Positions 1-12,704 of a DNA stretch of 64,000 bases are shown here, one piece after another. The stretch covers positions 1-64,000 of the forward strand of contig MU271226.1 of assembly GCA_021432655.1 (NCBI GenBank). The letters run 5' to 3'. This DNA comes from Atractiella rhizophila (taxonomy: Eukaryota). Position numbers and translations under genes: made by a program. The notes under the pieces are model-generated. The model was not told where the DNA came from. It worked only from the letters and a program-made list of their open reading frames with translations, and did no database searches. Position 1 is the first letter of the stretch, and the number at the start of each line of letters is the position of its first letter.

Positions 1-272
1 TCACCCATCGTATTGGTGCATGACGGCGTTCCGAAGGGTTGCTACCCTCCCCACTCATTGCTCCTTAGGGATTCAGGCGCAATTCCACATCTCATTCCCA
101 TTCTACGTCCTATTGAAAAATTGGCTCGTAAATGCTACGCCAGCGTGGTGCGCGACGTAAGAAGCGATCATTCATTCTGGCACCATAAAAGCAGATGAAA
201 GTGATAATGGAGCAAATCCCAGTTTCGCTTTTCTGGATCGCAACCCTTGTTTGCAATATCTGAAACGAAATA

Positions 273-807
273 ATGCTCTTCCTCTCCCTCTCTTTTGCCG
301 TCGTTGGCGCTCTTGGTGCTCTTCAACTCCGCATTCTTCCAAAGGCTGCATCGTCACTCTCCAGCTCAAATGATACCGTTTCAACCTTGGATCAGGGCAC
401 TCTCCTCAAACTTTGTGGTCCGCTTCCCTCCGTCCTTTGTCCCATAGCTTATTCTGACGCTATTGTCGCACTGAAGGAGACACGAGCTATGAAGGATACT
501 GCGAGACCTTCGATCTCTCCCCATTAGGCACCTGCTACGTGAGGCTCCTTCGGAGTTTCTTCCCGGTTAGATGAAGAATGATGAACGAATGGTTCAGGGA
601 GTCCCCGACCCATGGGTCAAATCACTCTTCTCTGCCATCACAAGCGACGGGCTGACGTGCGAGTTCTATCCGGAGCGCTCCTGCGACGGAGCGGGATTGG
701 TCTGCACCGCGTGTGTAGATTGGAGGGGCTTCGAAAACATGACAGATGTTCGTCCAAGATTTTTCTCCTCCCTGAACGAGGAATTGACTTGCGTGATAGG
801 TCCCTGA
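273..807 (+). CDS. Small secreted cysteine-rich protein (~138 aa, 3 exons: 273-417, 477-538, 598-807)
   Basis: Hydrophobic signal peptide MLFLSLSFAVVGALG. GT-AG introns 418-476 and 539-597 join the frames to give ...LKLCGDTSYEGYCETFDLSPLGTCYGVPDPWVKSLFSA...TCVIGP*, with 8 Cys. Confidence 0.8.
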
Positions 808-2114
808 AGTTAAAGCTGGCAGGTGTACGGCTACAGGGAGGGACGGGTGTAAGACGAGGAACTGCACCTTTTCAGAGTTCAAGTGAGCATCGTTGGCGGG
901 ATTCAGCTGTTAACCATCTTTATTGCTCTTTCTGCTTTGGCATGCGACATGTTCTCTCTGGTTCTCTTTGACACATGTATCCGTTACCGCTGTGTCTACG
1001 AGGGGAATGACGCATGTTAAATTGCAAACAGACAGGAGATGTTGGTTGCCCATCCTGCCCCCTCGATCTGATTTATGTGAGGCTTCAGACAGGCATTCCC
1101 CAAATCGTCCAGCAACATTTCATGTCATTTCCTCCAATCGCTACGCGCCTTACAACGGCCAAAAGTTGAACGAATCAAATCACGAACTAACAATCCTGTT
1201 CTTGAAAAACATAAAATCTTCCCGCCTCACTAGCACTCAAAGCCAACGCTCATTGGCCATTGCTCCGCTCAGCATCTTCTATTGAAAGCTCCCTAGCTCC
1301 TCGTCCACATCATTCCCGTCTGGTTCACTATCAACTTCCTGTGTCGTTGTTTTGACTCGTTCTGCCATGAGTCATTCCAGACGAGCAACGAGGGCAAGAG
1401 AAAGTAGGAGAACGAATTATTGCATGAAGGATGTTAGAACAGAGAGCAGCACTTGAAGAGACTTTTGAAAGAAGGAAGTGTCAGCCGCAATGTCGTTTGA
1501 GCAGGTGAACCTGCCAGTTCGCCAAGATATTTTTGGTGAGCGATCATTTTATTATGATGCAATGGGATTGTGCAGTGCAGAATGCCGAGAATGTTTACTG
1601 CTTCTCGTGTGGACAATCATTAATGTCGGAGTCGGGTTTGAGGATGTTGAAGACTGCAACCCCAGTCTTCTTAGTCTGGCAGAGAGGAAAATACGATATT
1701 GTTCATGCCTACCTTAATGTCTTGTTCGACATGAAATGATAAGAGCGTCATCCTTATCTCAGTCGCAGTCCCTCTCTAATTCTGAGAATATCGTGTCGCT
1801 GTATTATCGTAACAGTTGTCTCTCCCTGACCGACATGAATGACAAATTATCTGTCGGCTGATTTGACGTGACAGGAGAAATATATCTCCTTCGCTTCGTT
1901 ATGCGAAGGAGTTATGTGAAGGGACCAGGGCTTATCTATCATTTGTGCGGAACTATAATAGAGTCAGCCCTTTGTGCAATTTTATCTTGGGTGTTCCGCA
2001 CATGAGCTGTACTGTGAAGGTATCGCTCGAATCCCACTTTGATACAAGCCTGTAGGAAGTTGCAGTGCTGCGTCTTTGGCTCAGTAAAAAGTGGACACAT
2101 CTTCTTTCCAAAAA

Positions 2115-2222
2115 TATGATAGGGCAAGTTTCCCTTGTAATAGCCATCGTCCATAAAATTCACTAACCTGTGGTGCCGTAAGTCTCCCTTGTAACGGCCG
2201 TCTGCCATAACATGAACTAGCC
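2115..2222. repeat. Imperfect 54-bp tandem duplication (2 copies)
   Basis: 2115-2168 vs 2169-2222. On the minus strand they read VMADGRYKGDLRHH and FMDDGYYKGNLPYH within ORF 1939-2307. Confidence 0.7.
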
Positions 2223-3400
2223 ATGCTTCTTTGGCACAGTGAACGTTCGAACTCCGATCTACCCGCGTTTCCTCTGCCACGAACCCAGCTACTGTTTTCC
2301 TATCCATTCGTGCGTGTGCTATGGCAGAGTAAAGGTCTGCAACTTTGTCTTCAGTTGCGTTGCATTGCGTGCATAAAAGTTCGGATGTCGGCCTTTCCAG
2401 AGCGTACGAAGGATGGTTCCTAGGATGCAGTTCATTTGGTCGTCGATGCTCTCGAGAGAATGTCAGTACCTCTCAATATGACTGTCTAGTTTGCATTCAG
2501 AACCAGATTGTGAAGTTTATCGTTGTTGGATCGGGCAGAGAAGGCTCGTGGCTGACTCGAAGGACGCAAGATCACTGCGTACCTCCGCTCCCGCCCAGCA
2601 CGAGTTGGGGTTGCTTATTCCCAAGACACGTCTTCCTACTGTCTTTCAACCAACAATAGACCTTCTGAAGCTGCAACATTTGCCAGAAATTCCAAAGTCT
2701 CCACAACGCGTCGTTCTGTCTCCGAGATCTTCAAAGCTTCACACTTGCGCTCTGCAATTCAGCGGCGCTGCAAACTCTCACGACTTCGCAACAGAACCGC
2801 AAATTGTCAGCATGTCCTGTCCATGTTTTTGGAACGACGTCTGACCTTCAAAAGCAGAGCCCACTGACCAGTTCCAAATCTCTATCACTCCTTTAAGACA
2901 GCCATGGATTTTTGGATCGAACCACCATCCAGAGTGCGCTCTTGCCTGTCTGGCACTACTGCTTCCGGAAATTGATGTCCCTGGTGCGTTACTTGCTTCC
3001 TTGTGGCACCATTACAGTTTAATTGCCTGACCAAGTGCAGTCCCTCTAACATTCTTTGGCCCTTTTGGGCACCAGCTGAGAGCCTGGCCGAAAGCGTCGA
3101 CTGGAACATCCCACAGCAGGAACCTTCGTTGACAGTCAATTCAGCCGACACCATTCGTAAGATCAATTCTTCCGACACTCAATATTACTCAATTACGGCC
3201 AATCAATTACAATATAAAGACGAGTGACTGTCATTCGGTTTCGCGTCGTGCGTGTGGTCGTTTGCGGCCGTGTCAACAACCCAAAGCAAACGCAACAAGG
3301 AACGGGTCTTCGACGGTGTTCTTGATCTCCTCTTCTCCCTTCGTCAGATCCCATCGCACAAAAGCACGCTGATCCTTCATCTGCTCTCAACCCGCTGGCG

Positions 3401-4562
3401 ATGGAGGCACCTTCTCCTCTGCTACTGTGGCCGCTCGATGCTGGACATGGGTACGATGGGACTGTCCTAATCGGCGGCGGCCAGAGGTTTCGCTTGCCGG
3501 ATGGGTACTCCATTGTGGTAAAGAGACCCATCGAGATCATCGACCTCACTCACGAATCGAGCGATAACGAGGAACTAGGCATTAACAAGCCAGAGAGCCT
3601 GAAAATGTGCCCAAAAAAGAGGAAGCGAGTGGCCACGTCAGGGAAGAAGTCGGTTTCTCCTCTCTTGCAGAAGCATTAGGTTGAGCCTTAGCAACAGTTC
3701 TGAGGAAGGATGCGAGACAAGGAAGCAAGGTTGTAACCGGACGTTCACGAGGAGCTGTCACTTTTCCCCCGAACCAAACGTGCCGACTTCCGTAGCAGAT
3801 CCACACCCCTTAGAGCTTTCAAACGCGCACATTTTTTCCACCACATCCCCTACACAGGAGTATGTGTCGGGGGCAGTAACTCTAGAAGATTCCTTTGCTA
3901 GATCGAGAATAAGGTGCTCTCCTCCCCACAGCAAGACTTCAACCTTCGACGTGCCCGACTCAAGAACCGACTCAACCTTCCTTTCATCCCATCGCAATTA
4001 CTCCAGTAGCCGTGGCTTGCGATCCATCCCCAACACTTGTCCAACTCACACGGTGCCATTTTCCCTCCTTCCTATTGCACACCGACCACGTCACTCTCCT
4101 GACGTTGTAGATGAGCATATCGACTCGGCTCGCCGAGATATGGTTCATCAAGAGGATCACGATCAAATATTGGTCGGATCAGGGGGTAGGAAAGACACAC
4201 TCCCATGCTTCGGCTTGGAGAGAATACAGTCATCTGAAGAGATGCCGCGGTCCGACGCAGTCAAGACCCCTCGCCACAAGTCAGCTGCTCATGGACTGAT
4301 AGTCATTGAGGAGGATGGTCACACATGGGTGGGGTATCAAGACAGGTGGTTCAAGAAGGACCCGTGGCTCTCTTTAGAATGGTACAGAAAAAGGTTAGTG
4401 CAGCAGAGGCCTACGACGGGATCGTTGCCGAGGAGGAGGAACAGACCCAAGGAAGTGTTAAACGAAGAAAGCAGCGGCGACGACAACGAGTACACCTCTA
4501 CAGACGGGGAGAGTGGTGAACATAGTGAGAGGAGGGAGAGTGATGACGAGCCAATGGAGTAG
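3401..4562 (+). CDS. Hypothetical, largely disordered, probably nuclear protein (~370 aa, one intron 3649-3697)
   Basis: A GTCGGT...CAG intron fuses ORFs 3401-3679 and 3681-4562 in frame. IEIIDLT (SIM-like) motif, KKRKR NLS-like motif, acidic C-terminus. Confidence 0.6.
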
Positions 4563-5753
4563 ACCCTCTCCCTCTTAGACAAAGCCAGTGTCTCAAGAGA
4601 CCCATCCTGTACTACTTCATGAATTTTTTTCTTTGATCTTCCCTCCGTGTTGTTTTCCTTCTCTGTACTCCCAGTTGTGTCTATTTCATGTGTTGTCTCA
4701 TTTCCAGATGTTGTTTTGGAACAGAAAGTCATGTTGTTTGCTTCTTGCAGGATTTGTTGGGTTGTCTCTCCTTTCTTTATACATGGTTCATGGTGTACTA
4801 ATCTTCACCACTTGGTCCCATCTCCTTAGATTTATTGGTATCTTGATCTCGAAAAAGGCAGCATTTCTGAATATGTCGACTAGATGCACATAAAACCTTG
4901 AATGTTCTGCTTTCTCCATCAATCCTTCTTTGCTGCCAGCTTGTCAAAGTGTTGATGAAATCCTGCACCGTACAGCGTCGTCCAGAAACACCATTTCACC
5001 TATTCAGCCATTTTAGCACCGGATGCGTTGTCCTGCTTGAACAGGTCAGAACAAAGGAGGGAGCATACTCGTTCAGCACCAGTGACACCTTTATCCACAC
5101 ACTTTTTCAGCATTATCAAGCCTTCCACAGCATGCAGAAAGCCGTAAAATGTCCATAGATATACGTAAACATTTCTTTCAGCTCCGTCAGATTGCGCCGT
5201 GCTTCAAAGCCGGAGGACGGATTGCTCACGACGATGTGGAGAGTATCAGTTTACTACTGATTTGAGCTATGGATGGAAGCGGTGCGGTTTGGAGGAGTAG
5301 GATCGTGCCTGCAATGAAGTAATTTGCAGTGACAATCGGCTGCGTCATGGAGGGGAAGGAAAAAGCCGGTGTCATTGTCAAGCACGCGTATATCTGATTG
5401 AAATTGGAAAGTGGAGTTGCAGAATGTTGACAGGATAGTATTGATGGCCGGCCAAGGGAGTATAAAAGGATCATCTCCAACCATCGCAAAAGTCATTGGT
5501 GTACTTATCCGATGCTTTATAAGACCGAGACCTGTAAAACTGCATTCGTCGTTGCGGATCAGGATTTAACAAGAATACTAGTTCCTATTGAGTACGTCAA
5601 CATCGGTATTGCGACCACGTTATGCTAGTACTTGAAGGGACAGTACATTCGCTAAAGGACGAGGGCATAAGCCCTAAATAGCACATCAAGCTTTCCTGAG
5701 CCTAAAAAACAGGTAAGTAGAATGTAGAAAAATGAATCGAAGAACATACAATA

Positions 5754-6428
5754 TTATTGCTCATCGCCGCTGGAAGATTTCACCGTGTTTGTTTCATCGG
5801 TTGAATGCTCCTCCTCGCTGGTTGCAGCAGATTCCCCATCTTGTAACACCTCGTCCGTCCAATCGGCGTCGACGGACTGTTCTTCAAAGTTCCCTTCAGA
5901 GTTCTCTTCAAAGTTTCCTTCAGAGTTTTCTTCAGAGTTCTCCTCAGAGTTCTCCTCAGAGTTCTCCTCAGAATTGCTTTCAGAATTTTCTTCAGCGAGC
6001 TCGGAGGTTTCGGATTGCTCCTCAGAGACCTTCTGGACGCTCGCGTGCTCTTCAAGAATTCGTCAGCGTCAGCAGAGATATGAAATAACGCGTACTATCG
6101 TAATTGAAAGGCAATGGAATCGGGTGTTCTTCCAGCTCAGCTTGAATTCTGAACACACGACAATCAGTTCCGATGCTGCAATGATAGAAACGAACCTCTT
6201 TAGTTGAGGGCTGGCTAGTTGACGCCTGCTTCCGATCCAATATTCGATAGTGACGAAATAGTCATAGATGCCAGGGAAGGAGGTATGGAACACAGGGTTC
6301 GAGGGGAGGTCGGGGTGGTGATCGCGCTCAACGAAATAGTATCCAAACATATCGGTGTAAGGCTTCGGGAGCTTTTTGACTGGTTCAAGGAGTCTTGTTC
6401 GCCCTACCGCTCTGCCAGAAGACTCCAT
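5754..6428 (-). CDS. Orphan acidic protein with SEEN-type repeats, copy 1 (~190 aa, 3 exons)
   Basis: MESSGRAVGRTRLL...PQLKR | IQAELEEHPIPLPFNYD | KHASVQKVSEEQ...(SEEN)n...SSSGDEQ*. Two GT-AG introns with CTGAY branch sites; structure conserved in copy 2. Confidence 0.7.
5881..5995. repeat. 12-bp coding minisatellite (TCAGAGTTCTCC-like, ~9 units) encoding S-E-E/G-N on the minus strand
   Basis: Read directly; a shorter, more degenerate array lies at about 7981-8065 in copy 2. Confidence 0.9.
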
Positions 6429-7845
6429 GATTGGGATTGCGGAAAGCGTTCTGACGGTAAGCAAAGGCCTGAAGTGAAATGGCAGATCGATTGAACAGTG
6501 TTGGTGTTTTATTGGCGGCGTTAAGCTGAGACCAACTTGTTCTGGTATCCTGCTGTTATTGTTGAGCGCCATCAACAACAAGATCTCGTTGTTGGCATCA
6601 AGGCCATAGTACTTACCACAGGAGAATCGTTTGAGCAGTCACGCAAACCAGGAAACTTCGATTGACGAAGGCAAGCTGTGCCCTCCTCGTTTTTGAAGCG
6701 AGAAAGCGATTGTTACGGAACAAGGGAGAAAGAAACTAGGTTCCGTATACGTGGAAACTTTGCACACATTTTCTTTCTCCCCGCATGTTACCGTTAGCAT
6801 TTTAATCAGCATTCCAGCATCACCATATCTCTGCGTTTCTGGTAAATAATAGTTGCTGAATGAAATCAGCATCCCGCTGCTCTCGACGGTGAAAACATGG
6901 GCTCTGAAATGGTTCTTCGCTTCCCTTGAGCAAGCGAAGAGCGCAGTTTGCCTTGAATTCATCTTGAAGACCAATATAAATCGACTTCAGAGGAGGAAGA
7001 GAAGGTGCAGTCCCATCAAGGTTCAATCGAGACTGAGACGGGCTTCTTATTTCTGCCCAAGTTTTCAAGCAATTTTCCGTTTTAGTATTCTAGAGGCACC
7101 TTAAGTAAGACAGTTACAAATGTACGAGATGGTGTCGACGAGACAGGTCCATTAGAGACTTCACATTATGCAGCACACAAGAGCGTTTCAAAAGGATCCA
7201 GCGTCTCATCTATTCAAGTACTGGGTCACTGGATACTGACGAATTTCTGGGCTTTAACTGTTTCTATCAGGCATTTTAGGAGGACGGATTGCTCACGACG
7301 ATGTGGAGAGTATCAGTTTACTACTGATTTGAGCTATGGATGGAAGCGGTGCGGTTTGGAGGAGTAGGATCGTGCCTGCAATGAAGTAATTTGCGGTGAC
7401 AATCGGCTGCGTCATGGAGGGGAAGGAAAAAGCTGGTGTCATTGTCAAGCCCGTGTATATCTAATCGAAAATTGGAAAGTGAAGGAGCTAGAATTTATGC
7501 AGAATGTCGACGGGATGCTATTGATGGCCGGCCAAGGGAGTATAAAAGGACCATCTCCCGGCATCGCAAGAGCATCGGTGTAACTATACGATGCTTTATA
7601 AGACCGAGACCTGTGAAGCATGTAAAACTGCAGTCGTCGTTGCGGATCAGGAGTTAACAAGAAAACTAGGTTCTTATTGCGTACGTCAACACCGGTACTG
7701 GTGACTATGTTATGCTAGTACTTGAAAGGACAGCACACTCGCTAAAGGACGAGGGCGGAAGCCTAAATAGCACAAGATGAAGCTTTCCTGAGCCCAAAAA
7801 ACAGTCAAGTAGAAGGTAGAAAAATAAATCTAAGAACGTACGATA

Positions 7846-8504
7846 TTATTGCTCATCGCCGCTAGAAGATTTCACCGTGTTTGTTTCATCGGTTGACTGC
7901 TCATCCTCGCTGGTTGCGTCAGCAGCGGATTCCCCATCTTGTAACACCTCATCCGTCCAATTGGAATCGACGAACTGTTCGTCAAAGTCCCCTTCAGAGG
8001 TCTCTTCAGAGTTTCCTTCAGAGTTTTCTTCAGACGCTTCAGAGTTGCCTTCAGAATTTTCTTCAGCGAGCTCGGAGGTTTCGGATTGCCCCTCAGAGAC
8101 CTTCTGGATGTCCGTGTGCTCTTCGAGAATTCTCGTCAGCGTCAGCAGAGATATGAAACAGCGCGTACTATCATAGTTGAAAGGCAATGGAATCGGGTGT
8201 TCTTCGAGCTCAGCTTGAATTCTGAACATGACAATCAGTTCTCATGTTGCAAGAGCTAGATAGAAGCGGACCTCTTTAGTTGAGGGCTGGCTAGCTGACG
8301 CCTACTTCCGATCCAATATTCGATAGTGACAAAATAATCATAGATGCCAGGGAAGGAGGTATGGAACACAGGGTTCGAGGGGAGGTCGGGGTGGTGATCG
8401 CGCTCAACGAAATAGTATCCAAACATATCGGTGTAAGGCTTCGGGAGCTTTTTGACTGGTTCAAGGAGTCTTGTTCGCCCTACCGCTCTGCCAGAAGACT
8501 CCAT
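7846..8504 (-). CDS. Orphan acidic protein with SEEN-type repeats, copy 2
   Basis: Exon-1 protein identical to copy 1. The last exon is diverged but open and ends in the same SSSGDEQ*. Confidence 0.7.
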
Positions 8505-10608
8505 GATTGGGATTGCGGAAAGCGTTCTGACGGTAAGCAAAGGCCTGAAGTGAAATGGCAGATCGATTGAACAGTGTTGGTGTTTTATTGGCGGCGTTAA
8601 GCTGAGACCAACTTGTTCTGGTATCCTGCTGTTATTGTTGAGCGCCATCAACAACAAGATCTCGTTGTTGGCATCAAGGCCATAGTACTTACCACAGGAG
8701 AATCGTTTGAGCAGTCACGCAAACCAGGAAACTTCGATTGACGAAGGCAAGCTGTGCCCTCCTCGTTTTTGAAGCGAGAAAGCGATTGTTACGGAACAAG
8801 GGAGAAAGAAACTAGGTTCCGTATACGTGGAAACTTTGCACACATTTTCTTTCTCCCCGCATGTTACCGTTAGCATTTTAATCAGCATTCCAGCATCACC
8901 ATATCTCTGCGTTTCTGGTAAATAATAGTTGCTGAATGAAATCAGCATCCCGCTGCTCTCGACGGTGAAAACATGGGCTCTGAAATGGTTCTTCGCTTCC
9001 CTTGAGCAAGCGAAGAGCGCAGTTTGCCTTGAATTCATCTTGAAGACCAATATAAATCGACTTCAGAGGAGGAAGAGAAGGTGCAGTCCCATCAAGGTTC
9101 AATCGAGACTGAGACGGGCTTCTTTTTCTGCCCAAGTTTTCAAGCAATTTTCCGTTTTAGTATTCTAGAGGCACCTTAAGTAAGACAGTTACAAATGTAC
9201 AAGATGGTGTCGACGAGACAGGTCCATTAGAGACTTCACATTATGCAGCACACAAGAGCGTTTCAAAAGGATCCAGCGTCTCATCTATTCAAGTACTGGG
9301 TCACTGGATACTGACGAATTTCTGGGCTTTAACTGTTTCTATCAGGCATTTTTCTTCATCTGAAACATGCTAAGTTATATAATAGCCCAGCATGGCACTG
9401 CGCGTCTGCATCAATTATGTCCAATCTGTCAATGAGGGTTTGTTCCCACTTTTGCGATGGGTGTTCGCGAGACGTGACAGTAACTTCAAATCGCAGGGGA
9501 GTACCAACAAACGACTGGACCTCTGACGGAAGCCATCATCAACCAGTCCGATTGATAGGAGTAGATATTGTGAACATTGCATGCTTCTCCATCGAAATGC
9601 AACAAAACAGACCTTTATTTACAATACCTTCAATGTGGACGCACAATCAAAGCCCTGATTTCCTTCCCGTTTCCATTAGTCACAGGTGTGAACGTCAATA
9701 AAGGTATGTGAGCCAGGACGCTTGATGACACAGTCGATTCTCTACAGGTTTTCGGGGAACCACGAGAACGACGTCTATTATGCTGGATGCTGGGAGTAAT
9801 GAACCCGAAAGTGAAAGTAAATGCTGAAAAATGCAAAGCGTGTCTTGTGACCTACATAACGAACAGAAACATTGAATTGGTTGTTTTGTTGGTGTGATCT
9901 TTTCGGAAGCGACATTCCATTTTTGCATTCCGTCGACCAAAGGAAGCTAGCGTTACATTAATATTCACTTGAATTACTTCTGCCACTGCGACGGCCTCGC
10001 GGCTCGTAGAGCGTTCATAATGCGATACAGGCACCCATCCTTCCTACCTCTAGCTCTCTCCGCACTTGCTCCCTTCAAGCGTTCAACCTAACCTTTCGGA
10101 CGAGAAGAGCTATAGGATATCCAAGAAACGTGTAAAGGTTGGGAACGAGTCTCCTTGACTTTTAGGTTTCACGAGCTCCTTGGCTAGTTAGTCTTACTAG
10201 TTGCTCAAGGCGGTCCATGTCTTTTTGTCTAGGTGCGCCGCTTCAGTCTGCTGTTATGGGTCTACTGCATAGTAGTGCGACAAATGCTTCAATGCTTTCA
10301 GCTGCAGCTTGCAGGGTTCAGGAGTAACTAGCTCCTCACTCTTGCTCAAATGATGGAAGCAATGAAGTAGTCTGCGGCTGCGCTGCCAGGTTGCGTTGAA
10401 TGTCTTTGGCTGCTGGAGTAGCATGAGCTAAACCTTCACTCAGTTCTCATTGCTTGTCATAGAAGATTGCTATACTTGTATGATTTAAATGTAACAAATG
10501 ATACTAACACGAAATAAACAAAATATCCTGGGGGCATATCCGTCTTCCTGGAAGCTTTACACATTCTCAGCCCTGCTTCTTGACCTGTTCAACACCGTCA
10601 CATAGCTA

Positions 10609-11090
10609 TTACGAGCGTCGTACTGCAACTTCCACCGTCATAACCCGTGCTTTCTCTACAGACAGTTGAGATGTGCAGGAAAGTAAGAAGGCGGCGTACC
10701 CTTCGGCTCTCCCTAGAGAGAAATTGAACTTTTAAGCCCGGAATAGGGCTAGAAAGGGAGATACATACAATCAAAGTGCCGTTTAAGGCGTCGCCTATCC
10801 AAATAATGAGAACCTCGCACCAACGTGACATAATGTAAAAACATACGCGCACGAAGGGCATCCGTCACATTTCGGAATGTGACAAAGGCATACCCTCCTG
10901 ACTTTGTCGCGTCTTCCCTGCTAGGCATGATCACAGCGTCGCTGAGTGCCCCATAAGGCGCAAAAATTTGACGCAAGGTGTCATGCGACAGAGTGTATGG
11001 CAGGTTGCCGACGTGGAGCTTACAGCTCTGCCTATTCGATGTCAGGCTGCGTCCGGTTGCGTGATTGGAAGCAATGAATACATACTCCAT
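10609..11090 (-). CDS. Stand-alone single-RRM RNA-binding micro-protein A (~91 aa, 5 exons)
   Basis: RNP2 LHVGNL, RNP1 GGYAFVTF, ALNGTLI. 5-nt first exon and 13-nt micro-exon 10700-10712. Confidence 0.85.
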
Positions 11091-12247
11091 TTTATCATAA
11101 AGAAAGCTTCTGCGGAGGTCAGGTTTAGAGCCGTTAGGGACTGAAGCAGGATTGTGGAGCCTTTATGTGACTGTCGAAGGAGAATCTTTCTCCGGAACAA
11201 TAACCTTCTCCCCACTTGCTTGCGAGGCTCGATGGAATGAACAATCATGCTTGTGTGAACATCCTGAGCTCAATATCGGGCAAAACTACGAGTGACCTTC
11301 GTTGAATTCTGGAAACACCCTAACTCAGGATACGGGTTAACCATTCCGTCATGGTAAACTGTCCTTCGATAGCAAATGAGGGCAGATGTCACTTTCACAG
11401 ACTATAATTGGGATTCGAAACGTTCAGGAAAGGAAATGGTCCCGACTTTCTCATCCTCACCTATCTCAGTGTCAAGCGGCCCAAAGAACCTCATTTCTGC
11501 ATTTTCGGCCCAAGAAACGAATAAAACGGCTACAATCGATGGCTAGCACGACATAGGCGAGCCAGCGAGCCAGAAAAGTGACGAGATGAACCCTACAACC
11601 GTCAGTCCACATGGGTTCGATGTCTGTTTGGATTTCCGATTGACAGCACAGGTAGAAGATCGGGATTGATGGTACAGATGGCGATAAACTCCGGAACCCT
11701 GATCTCGTGAGACCTTACCTGCTCCAATCAGCGATGGGAGAGTACTAACCTGAGTCTACGACCCCACGGAGTCACTTACCTCCACCGACTCTCCTTTGCA
11801 ACCCACAAATCAGCGGATGTAATACCCTCCTCCCAAAGTCGCGGCTATCCCTCAGAACATTCTTCCGGCTCCGACGCTATCCGTCCCTTGTAGTCCTCGT
11901 CGAGGGCTATCCATGCCACATTGGCCTCCACTGGCCCTTGGATTTATGGTGGAACTTTAATATTGTGTCAATTACTGACGGCCGCTTTTCAGCATAAACC
12001 GGATTGGTGCGTTGCTTCCGGTGGCATAACAAATGGGGCAAAATGCAAGGCTAGAAGGATGAGTGGAAGACGTGCAGGTTGACGGCAAATAGCTCGAGGA
12101 AGAGGCGCAAGTAAGTCAAGAATGAAGGAGCAAAAGTGGTAAGGATGGAGAAGTGAATGTGGGGGAGAGACATCTGCGTCCGGAATGCATGATAATTATT
12201 TGCTCCACGTGCCTGGTGGTAGTTTGGTATACGAAGTACAACAGAAC

Positions 12248-12704
12248 TCAGGAAATTCGTTTGTTCCTGACTGCGAGTTTATCAAAGTGGTCATGGAAGA
12301 CTACACCCATCGCTAGTACTCCTACGGTCCATTTAACCTGTACATTGATTCAGCGCCAAATAATGGGATGGAACAAGAGAAAGCACCTTTTCGCTGCCTC
12401 GTATTCCAACCTGCGCACATTTATTCCACATAGAAACTGCTTCTATGACATGCACAATGGCCATAAACCACCATACATAAGTCAAAAGATCACTGGAAGA
12501 AGCACGAAAAGGCTTGAGCGCTAAGTAACAAAGGAAGTTCAGAAAGACAGACGGAACAATGTTAGCCTCCAGCGTACGACGGAAGATGGCCATCCACTCC
12601 ACGGGAGGGTAAGTGGTCGCAACAAGTAAGCTTTCGAGAGATCCGATGAGGAGGAACAGAGGTGAAAATGGGGATGGAATTGAGAAGGATGGACCGCGAG
12701 ACAT
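12248..12704 (-). CDS. Small membrane protein, TMEM254/DUF4499-like (2 exons)
   Basis: Hydrophobic segments and the motif VHVIEA..M..KC...G, followed after an intron by VKWTVGVLAMG...RIS*. Confidence 0.65.

Larger units (their letters stand above)
5212..9352. repeat. Tandem duplication of about 2.07 kb (unit 1 5212-7277, unit 2 7279-9352)
   Basis: Both units start GGAGGACGGATTGCTC and end TTCTATCAGGCATTTT. The distal ~1.1 kb is nearly identical; 5400-6200 vs 7465-8275 is clearly diverged. Confidence 0.97.

Noticed and set aside
780..807. Mating pheromone CAAX precursor
   Set aside because: The protein ends CVIGP, not CAAX-stop, and has a signal peptide; no receptor or homeodomain genes are present.
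2491..3227. Possible spliced gene from short + strand ORFs
   Set aside because: Splice-like signals exist, but I found no convincing start, motif or unique model.
5881..5995. Short repeats as a CRISPR array
   Set aside because: Contiguous 12-bp coding units with no spacers or cas genes, in a eukaryotic context.
6050..6095. Apparent frameshift (pseudogene) in copy 1 of the acidic protein
   Set aside because: The 2-bp indel lies inside a GTACGC...CTGAC...AAG intron; splicing restores the frame in both copies.
6639..7104. ORFs repeated identically in both duplication units (also 50027-50446 and 51358-52180)
   Set aside because: Their identity only reflects the duplication; several rely on non-ATG starts and none has recognisable motifs.
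5212..9352. Duplications as LTRs or transposons
   Set aside because: No TG...CA ends, TIRs, target-site duplications or RT/transposase motifs; the units are head-to-tail copies of host sequence.
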